Below, piece after piece: positions 36,901-48,900 of a DNA stretch of 64,000 bases. Source of the stretch: Eledone cirrhosa (lineage: Eukaryota); contig CAXHJY010001551.1 in NCBI GenBank assembly GCA_964016885.1, positions 62,001 to 126,000 of the forward strand, written 5' to 3'. The translations under genes were made by a program, and so were the position numbers. Each line of letters opens with the position of its first letter. Positions within the stretch are counted from its first letter, which is position 1. Under the pieces are notes generated by a model, which had not been told where the DNA came from, did not search any database, and saw nothing but the letters and a program-made list of their open reading frames with translations.

Positions 36901-39900
36901 AAGCTATCCTAAGCTAAGCTAAGCTAAGCTATCCTAAGCTATCCTAAGCTAAGCTATCCTAAGCTAAGCTATCCTAAGCTATCCTAAGCTAAGCTATCCT
37001 AAGCTAAGCTAAGCTAAGCTATCCTAAGCTAAGCTAAGCAATCCTAAGCTAAGCTAAGCTAAGCTATCCTAAGCTAAGCTAAGCTAAGCTATCCTAAGCT
37101 AAGCTAAGCTAAGCTATCCTAAGCTAAGCTAAGCTAAGCTATCCTAAGCTAAGCTAAGCTAAGCTATCCTAAGCTAAGCTAAGCTAAGCTATCCTAAGCT
37201 ATCCTAAGCTATCCTAAGCTAAGCTAAGCTAAGCTATCCTAAGCTAAGCTAAGCTAAGCTATCCTAAGCTAAGCTAAGCTAAGCTATCCTAAGCTATGCT
37301 AAGCTATCCTAAGCTAAGCTAAGCTAAGCTATCCTAAGCTAAGCTAAGCTAAGCTATCCTAAGCTATCCTAAGCTAAGCTATCCTAAGCTAAGCTAAGCT
37401 AAGCTATCCTAAGCTAAGCTAAGCTAAGCTATCCTAAGCTAAGCTAAGCTAAGCTATCCTAAGCTAAGCTAAGCTAAGCTATCCTAAGCTAAGCTATCCT
37501 AAGCTATCCTAAGCTAAGCTAAGCTAAGCTAACCTAAGCTAAGCTATCCTAAGCTAAGCTATCCTAAGCTAAGCTATCCTAAGCTAAGCTAAGCTAAGCT
37601 ATCCTAAGCTAAGCTAAGCTAAGCTATCCTAAGCTAAGCTAAGCTATCCTAAGCTAAGCTAAGCTAAGCTGTCCTAAGCTAAGCTAAGCTAAGCTATCCT
37701 AAGCTAAGCTAAGCTAAGCTATCCTAAGCTAAGCTAAGCTATCCTAAGCTAAGCTAAGCTAAGCTATCCTAAGCTAAGCTAAGCTAAGCTATCCTAAGCT
37801 AAGCTAAGCTAAGCTATCCTAAGCTATCCTAAGCTATCCTAAGCTAAGCTATCCTAAGCTATCCTAAGCTAAGCTATCCTAAGCTATCCTAAGCTAAGCT
37901 AAGCTAAGCTATCCTAAGCTAAGCTAAGCTAAGCTATCCTAAGCTAAGCTAAGCTAAGCTATCCTAAGCTAAGCTAAGCTAAGCTACCCTAAGCTATCCT
38001 AAGCTAAGCTATCCTAAGCTAAGCTATCCTAAGCTATCCTAAGCTAAGCTATCCTCAGCTATCCTAAGCTAAGCTATCCTAAGCTAAGCTATCCTAAGCT
38101 ATCCTAAGCTAAGCTATCCTAAGCTATCCTAAGCTAAGCTATCCTAAGCTAAGCTAAGCTAAGCTAAGCTAACCTAAGCTAAGCTATCCTAAGCTAAGCT
38201 AAGCTAAGCTATCCTAAGCTAAGCTAAGCTAAGCTATCCTAAGCTATCCTAAGCTAAGCTATCCTAAGCTAAGCTCTCCTAAGGTAAGCTATCCTAAGCT
38301 ATCCTAAGCTAAGCTATCCTAAGCTATCCTAAGCTAAGCTAAGCTAAGCTCTCCTAAGCTAAGCTAAGCTAAGCTATCCTAAGCTAAGCTAAGCTAAGCT
38401 AAGCTATCCTAAGCTAAGCTAAGCTAAGCTACCTAAGCTAAGCTAAGCTAAGCTATCCTAAGCTAAGCTAAGCTAAGCTATCCTAAGCTAAGCTAAGCTA
38501 AGCTCTCCTAAGCTAAGCTAAACTAAGCTATCCTAAGCTAAGCTAAGCTTTCCTAAGCTAAGCTAAGCTAAGCTATCCTAAGCTAAGCTAATCTATCCTA
38601 AGCTAAGCTAAGCTAAGCTATCCTAAGCTAAGCTAAGCTAAGCTATCCTAAGCTAAGCTAAGCTAAGCTATCCTAAGCTAAGCTAAGCTATCCTAAGCTA
38701 AGCTAAGCTATCCTAAGCTAAGCTAAGCTAAGCTATCCTAAGCTAAGCTAAGCTATCCTAAGCTAAGCTAAGCTAAGCTATCCTAAGCTATCCTAAGCTA
38801 TCCTAAGCTAAGCTAAGCTAAGCTATCCTAAGCTAAGCTAAGCTAAGCTATCCTAAGCTAAGCTAAGCTAAGCTATCCTAAGCTAAGCTAAGCTAAGCTA
38901 TCCTAAGCTAAGCTAAGCTAAGCAATCCTAAGCTATCCTAAGCTAAGCTATCCTAAGCTAAGCTAAGCTAAGCTATCCTAAGCTAAACTAAGCTAAGCTA
39001 ACCTAAGCTAAGCTAAGCTAAGCTATCCTAAGCTAAGCTATCCTAAGCTATCCTAAGCTAAGCTAAGCTAAGCTAACCTAAGCTAAGCTATCCTAAGCTA
39101 AGCTATCCTAAGCTAAGCTATCCTAAGCTAAGCTAAGCTAAGCTATCCTAAGCTAAGCTAAGCTATCCTAAGCTAAGCTAAGCTAAGCTATCCTAAGCTA
39201 AGCTAAGCTAAGCTATCCTAAGCTATCCTAAGCTAAGCTATCCTAAGCTAAGCTATCCTAAGCTATCCCAAGCTAAGCTATCCTAAGCTAAGCTAAGCTA
39301 AGCTATCCTAAGCTAACCTATCCTAAGCTAAGCTATCCTAAGCTATCCTAAGCTAAGCTATCCTAATCTATCCTAAGCTAAGCTATCCTAAGCTATCCTA
39401 AGCTAAGCTATCCTAAGCTATCCTAAGCTAAGCTAAGCTAAGCTATCCTAAGCTATCCTAAGCTAAGCTATCCTAAGCTAAGCTATCCTAAGCTAAGCTA
39501 TCCTAAGCTATCCTAAGCTAAGCTATCCTAAGCTATCCTAAGCTAAGCTATCCTAAGCTATCCTAAGCTAAGCTAAGCTAAGCTATCCTAAGCTAAGCTA
39601 AGCTAAGCTCTCCTAAGCTAAGCTAAGCTAAGCTATCCTAAGCTAAGCTAAGCTTTCCTAAGCTAAGCTAAGCTAAGCTATCCTAAGCTAAGCTAATCTA
39701 TCCTAAGCTAAGCTAAGCTAAGCTATCCTAAGCTAAGCTAAGCTAAGCTATCCTAAGCTAAGCTAAGCTAAGCTAACCTAAGCTAAGCTATCCTAAGCTA
39801 AGCTAAGCTAAGCTATCCTAAGCTAAGCTAAGCTATCCTAAGCTATCCTAAGCTAAGCTATCCTAAGCTAAGCTATCCTAAGCTAAGCTATCCTAAGCTA

Positions 39901-42900
39901 TCCTAAGCTAAGCTATCCTAAGCTAAGCTCTCCTAAGGTAAGCTATCCTAAGCTATCCTAAGCTAAGCTATCCTAAGCTATCCTAAGCTAAGCTAAGCTA
40001 AGCTAAGCTCTCCTAAGCTAAGCTAAGCTAAGCTATCCTAAGCTAAGCTAAGCTAAGCTAAGCTAAGCTATCCTAAGCTAAGCTAAGCTAAGCTACCTAA
40101 GCTAAGCTAAGCTAAGCTATCCTAAGCTAAGCTAAGCTAAGCTATCCTAAGCTAAGCTAAGCTAAGCTCTCCTAAGCTAAGCTAAGCTAAGCTATCCTAA
40201 GCTAAGCTAAGCTTTCCTAAGCTAAGCTAAGCTAAGCTATCCTAAGCTAAGCTAATCTATCCTAAGCTAAGCTAAGCTAAGCTATCCTAAGCTAAGCTAA
40301 GCTAAGCTATCCTAAGCTAAGCTAAGCTAAGCTATCCTAAGATAAGCTAAGCTAAGCTATCCTAAGCTAAGCTAAGCTAAGCTATCCTAAGCTAAGCTAA
40401 GCTATCCTAAGCTAAGCTAAGCTAAGCTATCCTAAGCTAAGCTAAGCTATCCTAAGCTAAGCTAAGCTAAGCTATCCTAAGCTAAGCTAAGCTAAGCTAT
40501 CCTAAGCTATCCTAAGCTAAGCTATCCTAAGCTAAGCTATCCTAAGCTATCCTAAGCTAAGCTATCCTAAGCTAAGCTAAGCTAAGCTATCCTAAGCTAA
40601 GCTAAGCAATCCTAAGCTAAGCTAAGCTAAGCTATCCTAAGCTAAGCTAAGCTAAGCTATCCTAAGCTAAGCTAAGCTAAGCTATCCTAAGCTAAGCTAA
40701 GCTAAGCTATCCTAAGCTAAGCTAAGCTAAGCTATCCTAAGCTAAGCTAAGCTAAGCTATCCTAAGCTATCCTAAGCTATCCTAAGCTAAGCTAAGCTAA
40801 GCTATCCTAAGCTAAGCTAAGCTAAGCTATCCTAAGCTAAGCTAAGCTAAGCTATCCTAAGCTATGCTAAGCTATCCTAAGCTAAGCTAAGCTAAGCTAT
40901 CCTAAGCTAAGCTAAGCTAAGCTATCCTAAGCTATCCTAAGCTAAGCTATCCTAAGCTAAGCTAAGCTAAGCTATCCTAAGCTAAGCTAAGCTAAGCTAT
41001 CCTAAGCTAAGCTAAGCTAAGCTATCCTAAGCTAAGCTATCCTAAGCTAAGCTATCCTAAGCTATCCTAAGCTAAGCTAAGCTAAGCTAACCTAAGCTAA
41101 GCTATCCTAAGCTAAGCTATCCTAAGCTAAGCTATCCTAAGCTAAGCTAAGCTAAGCTATCCTAAGCTATCCTAAGCTAAGCTAAGCTAAGCTATCCTAA
41201 GCTAAGCTAAGCTAAGCTAAGCTAAGCTGTCCTAAGCTAAGCTAAGCTAAGCTATCCTAAGCTAAGCTAAGCTAAGCTATCCTAAGCTAAGCTAAGCTAT
41301 CCTAAGCTAAGCTAAGCTAAGCTATCCTAAGCTAAGCTAAGCTAAGCTATCCTAAGCTAAGCTAAGCTAAGCTATCCTAAGCTATCCTAAGCTATCCTAA
41401 GCTAAGCTATCCTAAGCTATCCTAAGCTAAGCTATCCTAAGCTATCCTAAGCTAAGCTAAGCTAAGCTATCCTAAGCTAAGCTAAGCTAAGCTATCCTAA
41501 GCTAAGCTAAGCTAAGCTATCCTAAGCTAAGCTAAGCTAAGCTACCCTAAGCTATCCTAAGCTAAGCTATCCTAAGCTAAGCTATCCTAAGCTATCCTAA
41601 GCTAAGCTATCCTCAGCTATCCTAAGCTAAGCTATCCTAAGCTAAGCTATCCTAAGCTATCCTAAGCTAAGCTATCCTAAGCTATCCTAAGCTAAGCTAT
41701 CCTAAGCTAAGCTAAGCTAAGCTAAGCTAACCTAAGCTAAGCTATCCTAAGCTAAGCTAAGCTAAGCTATCCTAAGCTAAGCTAAGCTAAGCTATCCTAA
41801 GCTATCCTAAGCTAAGCTATCCTAAGCTAAGCTCTCCTAAGGTAAGCTATCCTAAGCTATCCTAAGCTAAGCTATCCTAAGCTATCCTAAGCTAAGCTAA
41901 GCTAAGCTCTCCTAAGCTAAGCTAAGCTAAGCTATCCTAAGCTAAGCTAAGCTAAGCTAAGCTATCCTAAGCTAAGCTAAGCTAAGCTACCTAAGCTAAG
42001 CTAAGCTAAGCTATCCTAAGCTAAGCTAAGCTAAGCTATCCTAAGCTAAGCTAAGCTAAGCTCTCCTAAGCTAAGCTAAACTAAGCTATCCTAAGCTAAG
42101 CTAAGCTTTCCTAAGCTAAGCTAAGCTAAGCTATCCTAAGCTAAGCTAATCTATCCTAAGCTAAGCTAAGCTAAGCTATCCTAAGCTAAGCTAAGCTAAG
42201 CTATCCTAAGCTAAGCTAAGCTAAGCTATCCTAAGCTAAGCTAAGCTAAGCTATCCTAAGCTAAGCTAAGCTATCCTAAGCTAAGCTAAGCTAAGCTATC
42301 CTAAGCTAAGCTAAGCTATCCTAAGCTAAGCTAAGCTAAGCTATCCTAAGCTATCCTAAGCTATCCTAAGCTAAGCTAAGCTAAGCTATCCTAAGCTAAG
42401 CTAAGCTAAGCTATCCTAAGCTAAGCTAAGCTAAGCTATCCTAAGCTAAGCTAAGCTAAGCTATCCTAAGCTAAGCTAAGCTAAGCAATCCTAAGCTATC
42501 CTAAGCTAAGCTATCCTAAGCTAAGCTAAGCTAAGCTATCCTAAGCTAAACTAAGCTAAGCTAACCTAAGCTAAGCTAAGCTAAGCTATCCTAAGCTAAG
42601 CTATCCTAAGCTATCCTAAGCTAAGCTAAGCTAAGCTAACCTAAGCTAAGCTATCCTAAGCTAAGCTATCCTAAGCTAAGCTATCCTAAGCTAAGCTAAG
42701 CTAAGCTATCCTAAGCTAAGCTAAGCTATCCTAAGCTAAGCTAAGCTAAGCTATCCTAAGCTAAGCTAAGCTAAGCTATCCTAAGCTATCCTAAGCTAAG
42801 CTATCCTAAGCTAAGCTATCCTAAGCTATCCCAAGCTAAGCTATCCTAAGCTAAGCTAAGCTAAGCTATCCTAAGCTAACCTATCCTAAGCTAAGCTATC

Positions 42901-45900
42901 CTAAGCTATCCTAAGCTAAGCTATCCTAATCTATCCTAAGCTAAGCTATCCTAAGCTATCCTAAGCTAAGCTATCCTAAGCTATCCTAAGCTAAGCTAAG
43001 CTAAGCTATCCTAAGCTATCCTAAGCTAAGCTATCCTAAGCTAAGCTATCCTAAGCTAAGCTATCCTAAGCTATCCTAAGCTAAGCTATCCTAAGCTATC
43101 CTAAGCTAAGCTATCCTAAGCTATCCTAAGCTAAGCTAAGCTAAGCTATCCTAAGCTAAGCTAAGCTAAGCTAAGCTAAGCTCTCCTAAGCTAAGCTAAG
43201 CTAAGCTATCCTAAGCTAAGCTAAGCTTTCCTAAGCTAAGCTAAGCTAAGCTATCCTAAGCTAAGCTAATCTATCCTAAGCTAAGCTAAGCTAAGCTATC
43301 CTAAGCTAAGCTAAGCTAAGCTATCCTAAGCTAAGCTAATCTAAGCTATCCTAAGCTAAGCTAAGCTAAGCTATCCTAAGCTAAGCTAAGCTAAGCTATC
43401 CTAAGCTAAGCTAAGCTAAGCTATCCTAAGCTAAGCTAAGCTAAGCTATCCTAAGCTAAGCTAAGCTATCCTAAGCTAAGCTAAGCTAAGCTATCCTAAG
43501 CTAAGCTAAGCTAAGCTATCCTAAGCTAAGCTAAGCTAAGCTATCCTAAGCTATCCTAAGCTATCCTAAGCTAAGCTAAGCTAAGCTATCCTAAGCTAAG
43601 CTAAGCTAAGCTATCCTAAGCTAAGCCAAGCTAAGCTATCCTAAGCTAAGCTAAGCTATCCTAAGCTAAGCTAAGCTAAGCTATCCTAAGCTAAGCTAAG
43701 CTAAGCTATCCTAAGCTATCCTAAGCTAAGCTATCCTAAGCTAAGCTAAGCTAAGCTATCCTAAGCTAAGCTAAGCTATCCTAAGCTAAGCTAAGCTAAG
43801 CTATCCTAAGCTAAGCTAAGCTAAGCTATCCTAAGCTAAGCTATCCTAAGCTATCCTAAGCTAAGCTAAGCTAAGCTAACCTAAGCTAAGCTATCCTAAG
43901 CTAAGCTATCCTAAGCTAAGCTATCCTAAGCTAAGCTAAGCTAAGCTATCCTAAGCTAAGCTAAGCTAAGCTATCCTAAGCTAAGCTAAGCTATCCTAAG
44001 CTAAGCTAAGCTAAGCTGTCCTAAGCTAAGCTAAGCTAAGCTATCCTAAGCTAAGCTAAGCTAAGCTATCCTAAGCTAAGCTAAGCTATCCTAAGCTAAG
44101 CTAAGCTAAGCTATCCTAAGCTAAGCTAAGCTAAGCTATCCTAAGCTAAGCTAAGCTAAGCTATCCTAAGCTATCCTAAGCTATCCTAAGCTAAGCTATC
44201 CTAAGCTATCCTAAGCTAAGCTATCCTAAGCTATCCTAAGCTAAGGTAAGCTAAGCTATCCTAAGCTAAGCTAAGCTAAGCTATCCTAAGCTAAGCTAAT
44301 CTAAGCTATCCTAAGCTAAGCTAAGCTAAGCTATCCTAAGCTATCCTAAGCTAAGCTATCCTAAGCTAAGCTATCCTAAGCTATCCTAAGCTAAGCTATC
44401 CTAAGCTATCCTAAGCTAAGCTATCCTAAGCTAAGCTATCCTAAGCTATCCTAAGCTAAGCTATCCTAAGCTATCCTAAGCTAAGCTATCCTAAGCTTAG
44501 CTAAGCTAAGCTAAGCTAACCTAAGCTAAGCTATCCTAAGCTAAGCTAAGCTAAGCTATCCTAAGCTAAGCTAAGCTATCCTAAGCTATCCTAAGCTAAG
44601 CTATCCTAAGCTAAGCTATCCTAAGCTAAGCTATCCTAAGCTATCCTAAGCTAAGCTATCCTAAGCTAAGCTCTCCTAAGGTAAACTATCCTAAGCTATC
44701 CTAAGCTAAGCTATCCTAAGCTATCCTAAGCTAAGCTAAGCTAAGCTCTCCTAAGCTAAGCTAAGCTAAGCTATCCTAAGCTAAGCTAAGCTAAGCTAAG
44801 CTAAGCTATCCTAAGCTAAGCTAAGCTAAGCTACCTAAGCTAAGCTAAGCTAAGCTATCCTAAGCTAAGCTAAGCTAAGCTATCCTAAGCTAAGCTAAGC
44901 TAAGCTCTCCTAAGCTAAGCTAAGCTAAGCTATCCTAAGCTAAGCTAAGCTTTCCTAAGCTAAGCTAAGCTAAGCTATCCTAAGCTAAGCTAATCTATCC
45001 TAAGCTAAGCTAAGCTAAGCTATCCTAAGCTAAGCTAAGCTAAGCTATCCTAAGCTAAGCTAAGCTAAGCTATCCTAAGATAAGCTAAGCTAAGCTATCC
45101 TAAGCTAAGCTAAGCTAAGCTATCCTAAGCTAAGCTAAGCTATCCTAAGCTAAGCTAAGCTAAGCTATCCTAAGCTAAGCTAAGCTATCCTAAGCTAAGC
45201 TAAGCTAAGCTATCCTAAGCTAAGCTAAGCTAAGCTATCCTAAGCTATCCTAAGCTAAGCTATCCTAAGCTAAGCTATCCTAAGCTATCCTAAGCTAAGC
45301 TATCCTAAGCTAAGCTAAGCTAAGCTATCCTAAGCTAAGCTAAGCAATCCTAAGCTAAGCTAAGCTAAGCTATCCTAAGCTAAGCTAAGCTAAGCTATCC
45401 TAAGCTAAGCTAAGCTAAGCTATCCTAAGCTAAGCTAAGCTATCCTAAGCTAAGCTAAGCTAAGCTATCCTAAGCTAAGCTAAGCTAAGCTATCCTAAGC
45501 TAAGCTAAGCTAAGCTATCCTAAGCTATCCTAAGCTATCCTAAGCTAAGCTAAGCTAAGCTATCTTAAGCTAAGCTAAGCTAAGCTATCCTAAGCTAAGC
45601 TAAGCTAAGCTATCCTAAGCTATGCTAAGCTATCCTAAGCTAAGCTATGCTAAGCTATCCTAAGCTAAGCTAAGCTAAGCTATCCTAAGCTATCCTAAGC
45701 TAAGCTATCCTAAGCTAAGCTAAGCTAAGCTATCCTAAGCTAAGCTAAGCTAAGCTATCCTAAGCTAAGCTAAGCTAAGCTATCCTAAGCTAAGCTAAGC
45801 TAAGCTATCCTAAGCTAAGCTATCCTAAGCTATCCTAAGCTAAGCTAAGCTAAGCTAACCTAAGCTAAGCTATCCTAAGCTAAGCTATCCTAAGCTAAGC

Positions 45901-48900
45901 TATCCTAAGCTAAGCTAAGCTAAGCTATCCTAAGCTAAGCTAAGCTAAGCTATCCTAAGCTAAGCTAAGCTATCCTAAGCTAAGCTAAGCTAAGCTGTCC
46001 TAAGCTAAGCTAAGCTAAGCTATCCTAAGCTAAGCTAAGCTAAGCTATCCTAAGCTAAGCTAAGCTATCCTAAGCTAAGCTAAGCTAAGCTAAGCTAAGC
46101 TAAGCTATCCTAAGCTAAGCTAAGCTAAGCTATCCTAAGCTATCCTAAGCTATCCTAAGCTAAGCTATCCTAAGCTATCCTAAGCTAAGCTATCCTAAGC
46201 TATCCTAAGCTAAGCTAAGCTAAGCTATCCTAAGCTAAGCTAAGCTAAGCTATCCTAAGCTAAGCTAAGCTAAGCTATCCTAAGCTAAGCTAAGCTAAGC
46301 TACCCTAAGCTATCCTAAGCTAAGCTATCCTAAGCTAAGCTATCCTAAGCTATCCTAAGCTAAGCTATCCTAAGCTATCCTAAGCTAAGCTATCCTAAGC
46401 TAAGCTATCCTAAGCTATCCTAAGCTAAGCTATCCTAAGCTATCCTAAGCTAAGCTATCCTAAGCTAAGCTAAGCTAAGCTAAGCTAACCTAAGCTAAGC
46501 TATCCTAAGCTAAGCTAAGCTAAGCTATCCTAAGCTAAGCTAAGCTAAGCTATCCTAAGCTATCCTAAGCTAAGCTATCCTAAGCTAAGCTCTCCTAAGG
46601 TAAGCTATCCTAAGCTATCCTAAGCTAAGCTATCCTAAGCTATCCTAAGCTAAGCTAAGCTAAGCTCTCCTAAGCTAAGCTAAGCTAAGCTATCCTAAGC
46701 TAAGCTAAGCTAAGCTAAGCTATCCTAAGCTAAGCTAAGCTAAGCTACCTAAGCTAAGCTAAGCTAAGCTATCCTAAGCTAAGCTAAGCTAAGCTATCCT
46801 AAGCTAAGCTAAGCTAAGCTCTCCTAAGCTAAGCTAAACTAAGCTATCCTAAGCTAAGCTAAGCTTTCCTAAGCTAAGCTAAGCTAAGCTATCCTAAGCT
46901 AAGCTAATCTATCCTAAGCTAAGCTAAGCTAAGCTATCCTAAGCTAAGCTAAGCTAAGCTATCCTAAGCTAAGCTAAGCTAAGCTATCCTAAGCTAAGCT
47001 AAGCTAAGCTATCCTAAGCTAAGCTAAGCTATCCTAAGCTAAGCTAAGCTAAGCTATCCTAAGCTAAGCTAAGCTATCCTAAGCTAAGCTAAGCTAAGCT
47101 ATCCTAAGCTATCCTAAGCTATCCTAAGCTAAGCTAAGCTAAGCTATCCTAAGCTAAGCTAAGCTAAGCTATCCTAAGCTAAGCTAAGCTATCCTAAGCT
47201 AAGCTAAGCTAAGCTATCCTAAGCTAAGCTAAGCTAAGCAATCCTAAGCTATCCTAAGCTAAGCTATCCTAAGCTAAGCTAAGCTAAGCTATCCTAAGCT
47301 AAACTAAGCTAAGCTATCCTAAGCTAAGCTAAGCTAAGCTATCCTAAGCTAAGCTATCCTAAGCTATCCTAAGCTAAGCTAAGCTAAGCTAACCTAAGCT
47401 AAGCTATCCTAAGCTAAGCTATCCTAAGCTAAGCTATCCTAAGCTAAGCTAAGCTAAGCTATCCTAAGCTAAGCTAAGCTAAGCTATCCTAAGCTAAGCT
47501 AAGCTATCCTAAGCTAAGCTAAGCTAAGCTATCCTAAGCTAAGCTAAGCTAAGCTATCCTAAGCTATCCTAAGCTAAGCTATCCTAAGCTAAGCTATCCT
47601 AAGCTATCCTAAGCTAAGCTATCCTAAGCTAAGCTATCCTAAGCTAAGCTATCCTAAGCTATCCTAAGCTAAGCTAAGCTATCCTAAGCTATCCTAAGCT
47701 AAGCTATCCTAAGCTATCCTAAGCTAAGCTATCCTAAGCTATCCTAAGCTAAGCTAATCTATCCTAAGCTAAGCTAAGCTAAGCTATCCTAAGCTAAGCT
47801 AAGCTAAGCTATCCTAAGCTAAGCTAAGCTAAGCTATCCTAAGCTAAGCTAAGCTATCCTAAGCTAAGCTAAGCTAAGCTATCCTAAGCTAAGCTAAGCT
47901 AAGCTATCCTAAGCTAAGCTAAGCTAAGCTATCCTAAGCTAAGCTAAGCTATCCTAAGCTAAGCTAAGCTATCCTAAGCTAAGCTAAGCTAAGCTATCCT
48001 AAGCTAAGCTAAGCTAAGCTATCCTAAGCTATCCTAAGCTATCCTAAGCTAAGCTAAGCTAAGCTATCCTAAGCTAAGCTAAGCTAAGCTATCCTAAGCT
48101 AAGCTAAGCTAAGCTATCCTAAGCTAAGCTAAGCTATCCTAAGCTAAGCTAAGCTAAGCTATCCTAAGCTAAGCTAAGCTAAGCTATCCTAAGCTATCCT
48201 AAGCTAAGCTATCCTAAGCTAAGCTAAGCTAAGCTATCCTAAGCTAAGCTAAGCTAAGCTATCCTAAGCTAAGCTAAGCTAAGCTATCCTAAGCTAAGCT
48301 AAGCTATCCTAAGCTAAGCTATCCTAAGCTATCCTAAGCTAAGCTAAGCTAAGCTAACCTAAGCTAAGCTATCCTAAGCTAAGCTATCCTAAGCTAAGCT
48401 ATCCTAAGCTAAGCTAAGCTAAGCTATCCTAAGCTAAGCTAAGCTAAGCTATCCTAAGCTAAGCTAAGCTATCCTAAGCTAAGCTAAGCTAAGCTGTCCT
48501 AAGCTAAGCTAAGCTAAGCTATCCTAAGCTAAGCTAAGCTAAGCTATCCTAAGCTAAGCTAAGCTAAGCTAAGCTAAGCTATCCTAAGCTATCCTAAGCT
48601 AAGCTATCCTAAGCTATCCTAAGCTAAGCTATCCTAAGCTATCCTAAGCTAAGCTAAGCTAAGCTATCCTAAGCTAAGCTAAGCTATCCTAAGCTAAGCT
48701 AAGCTATCCTAAGCTAAGCTAAGCTAAGCTATCCTAAGCTATCCTAAGCTAAGCTATCCTAAGCTAAGCTATCCTAAGCTATCCTAAGCTAAGCTATCCT
48801 AAGCTATCCTAAGCTAAGCTATCCTAAGCTAAGCTATCCTAAGCTATCCTAAGCTATCCTAAGCTAAGCTATCCTAAGCTAAGCTAAGCTAAGCTAAGCT

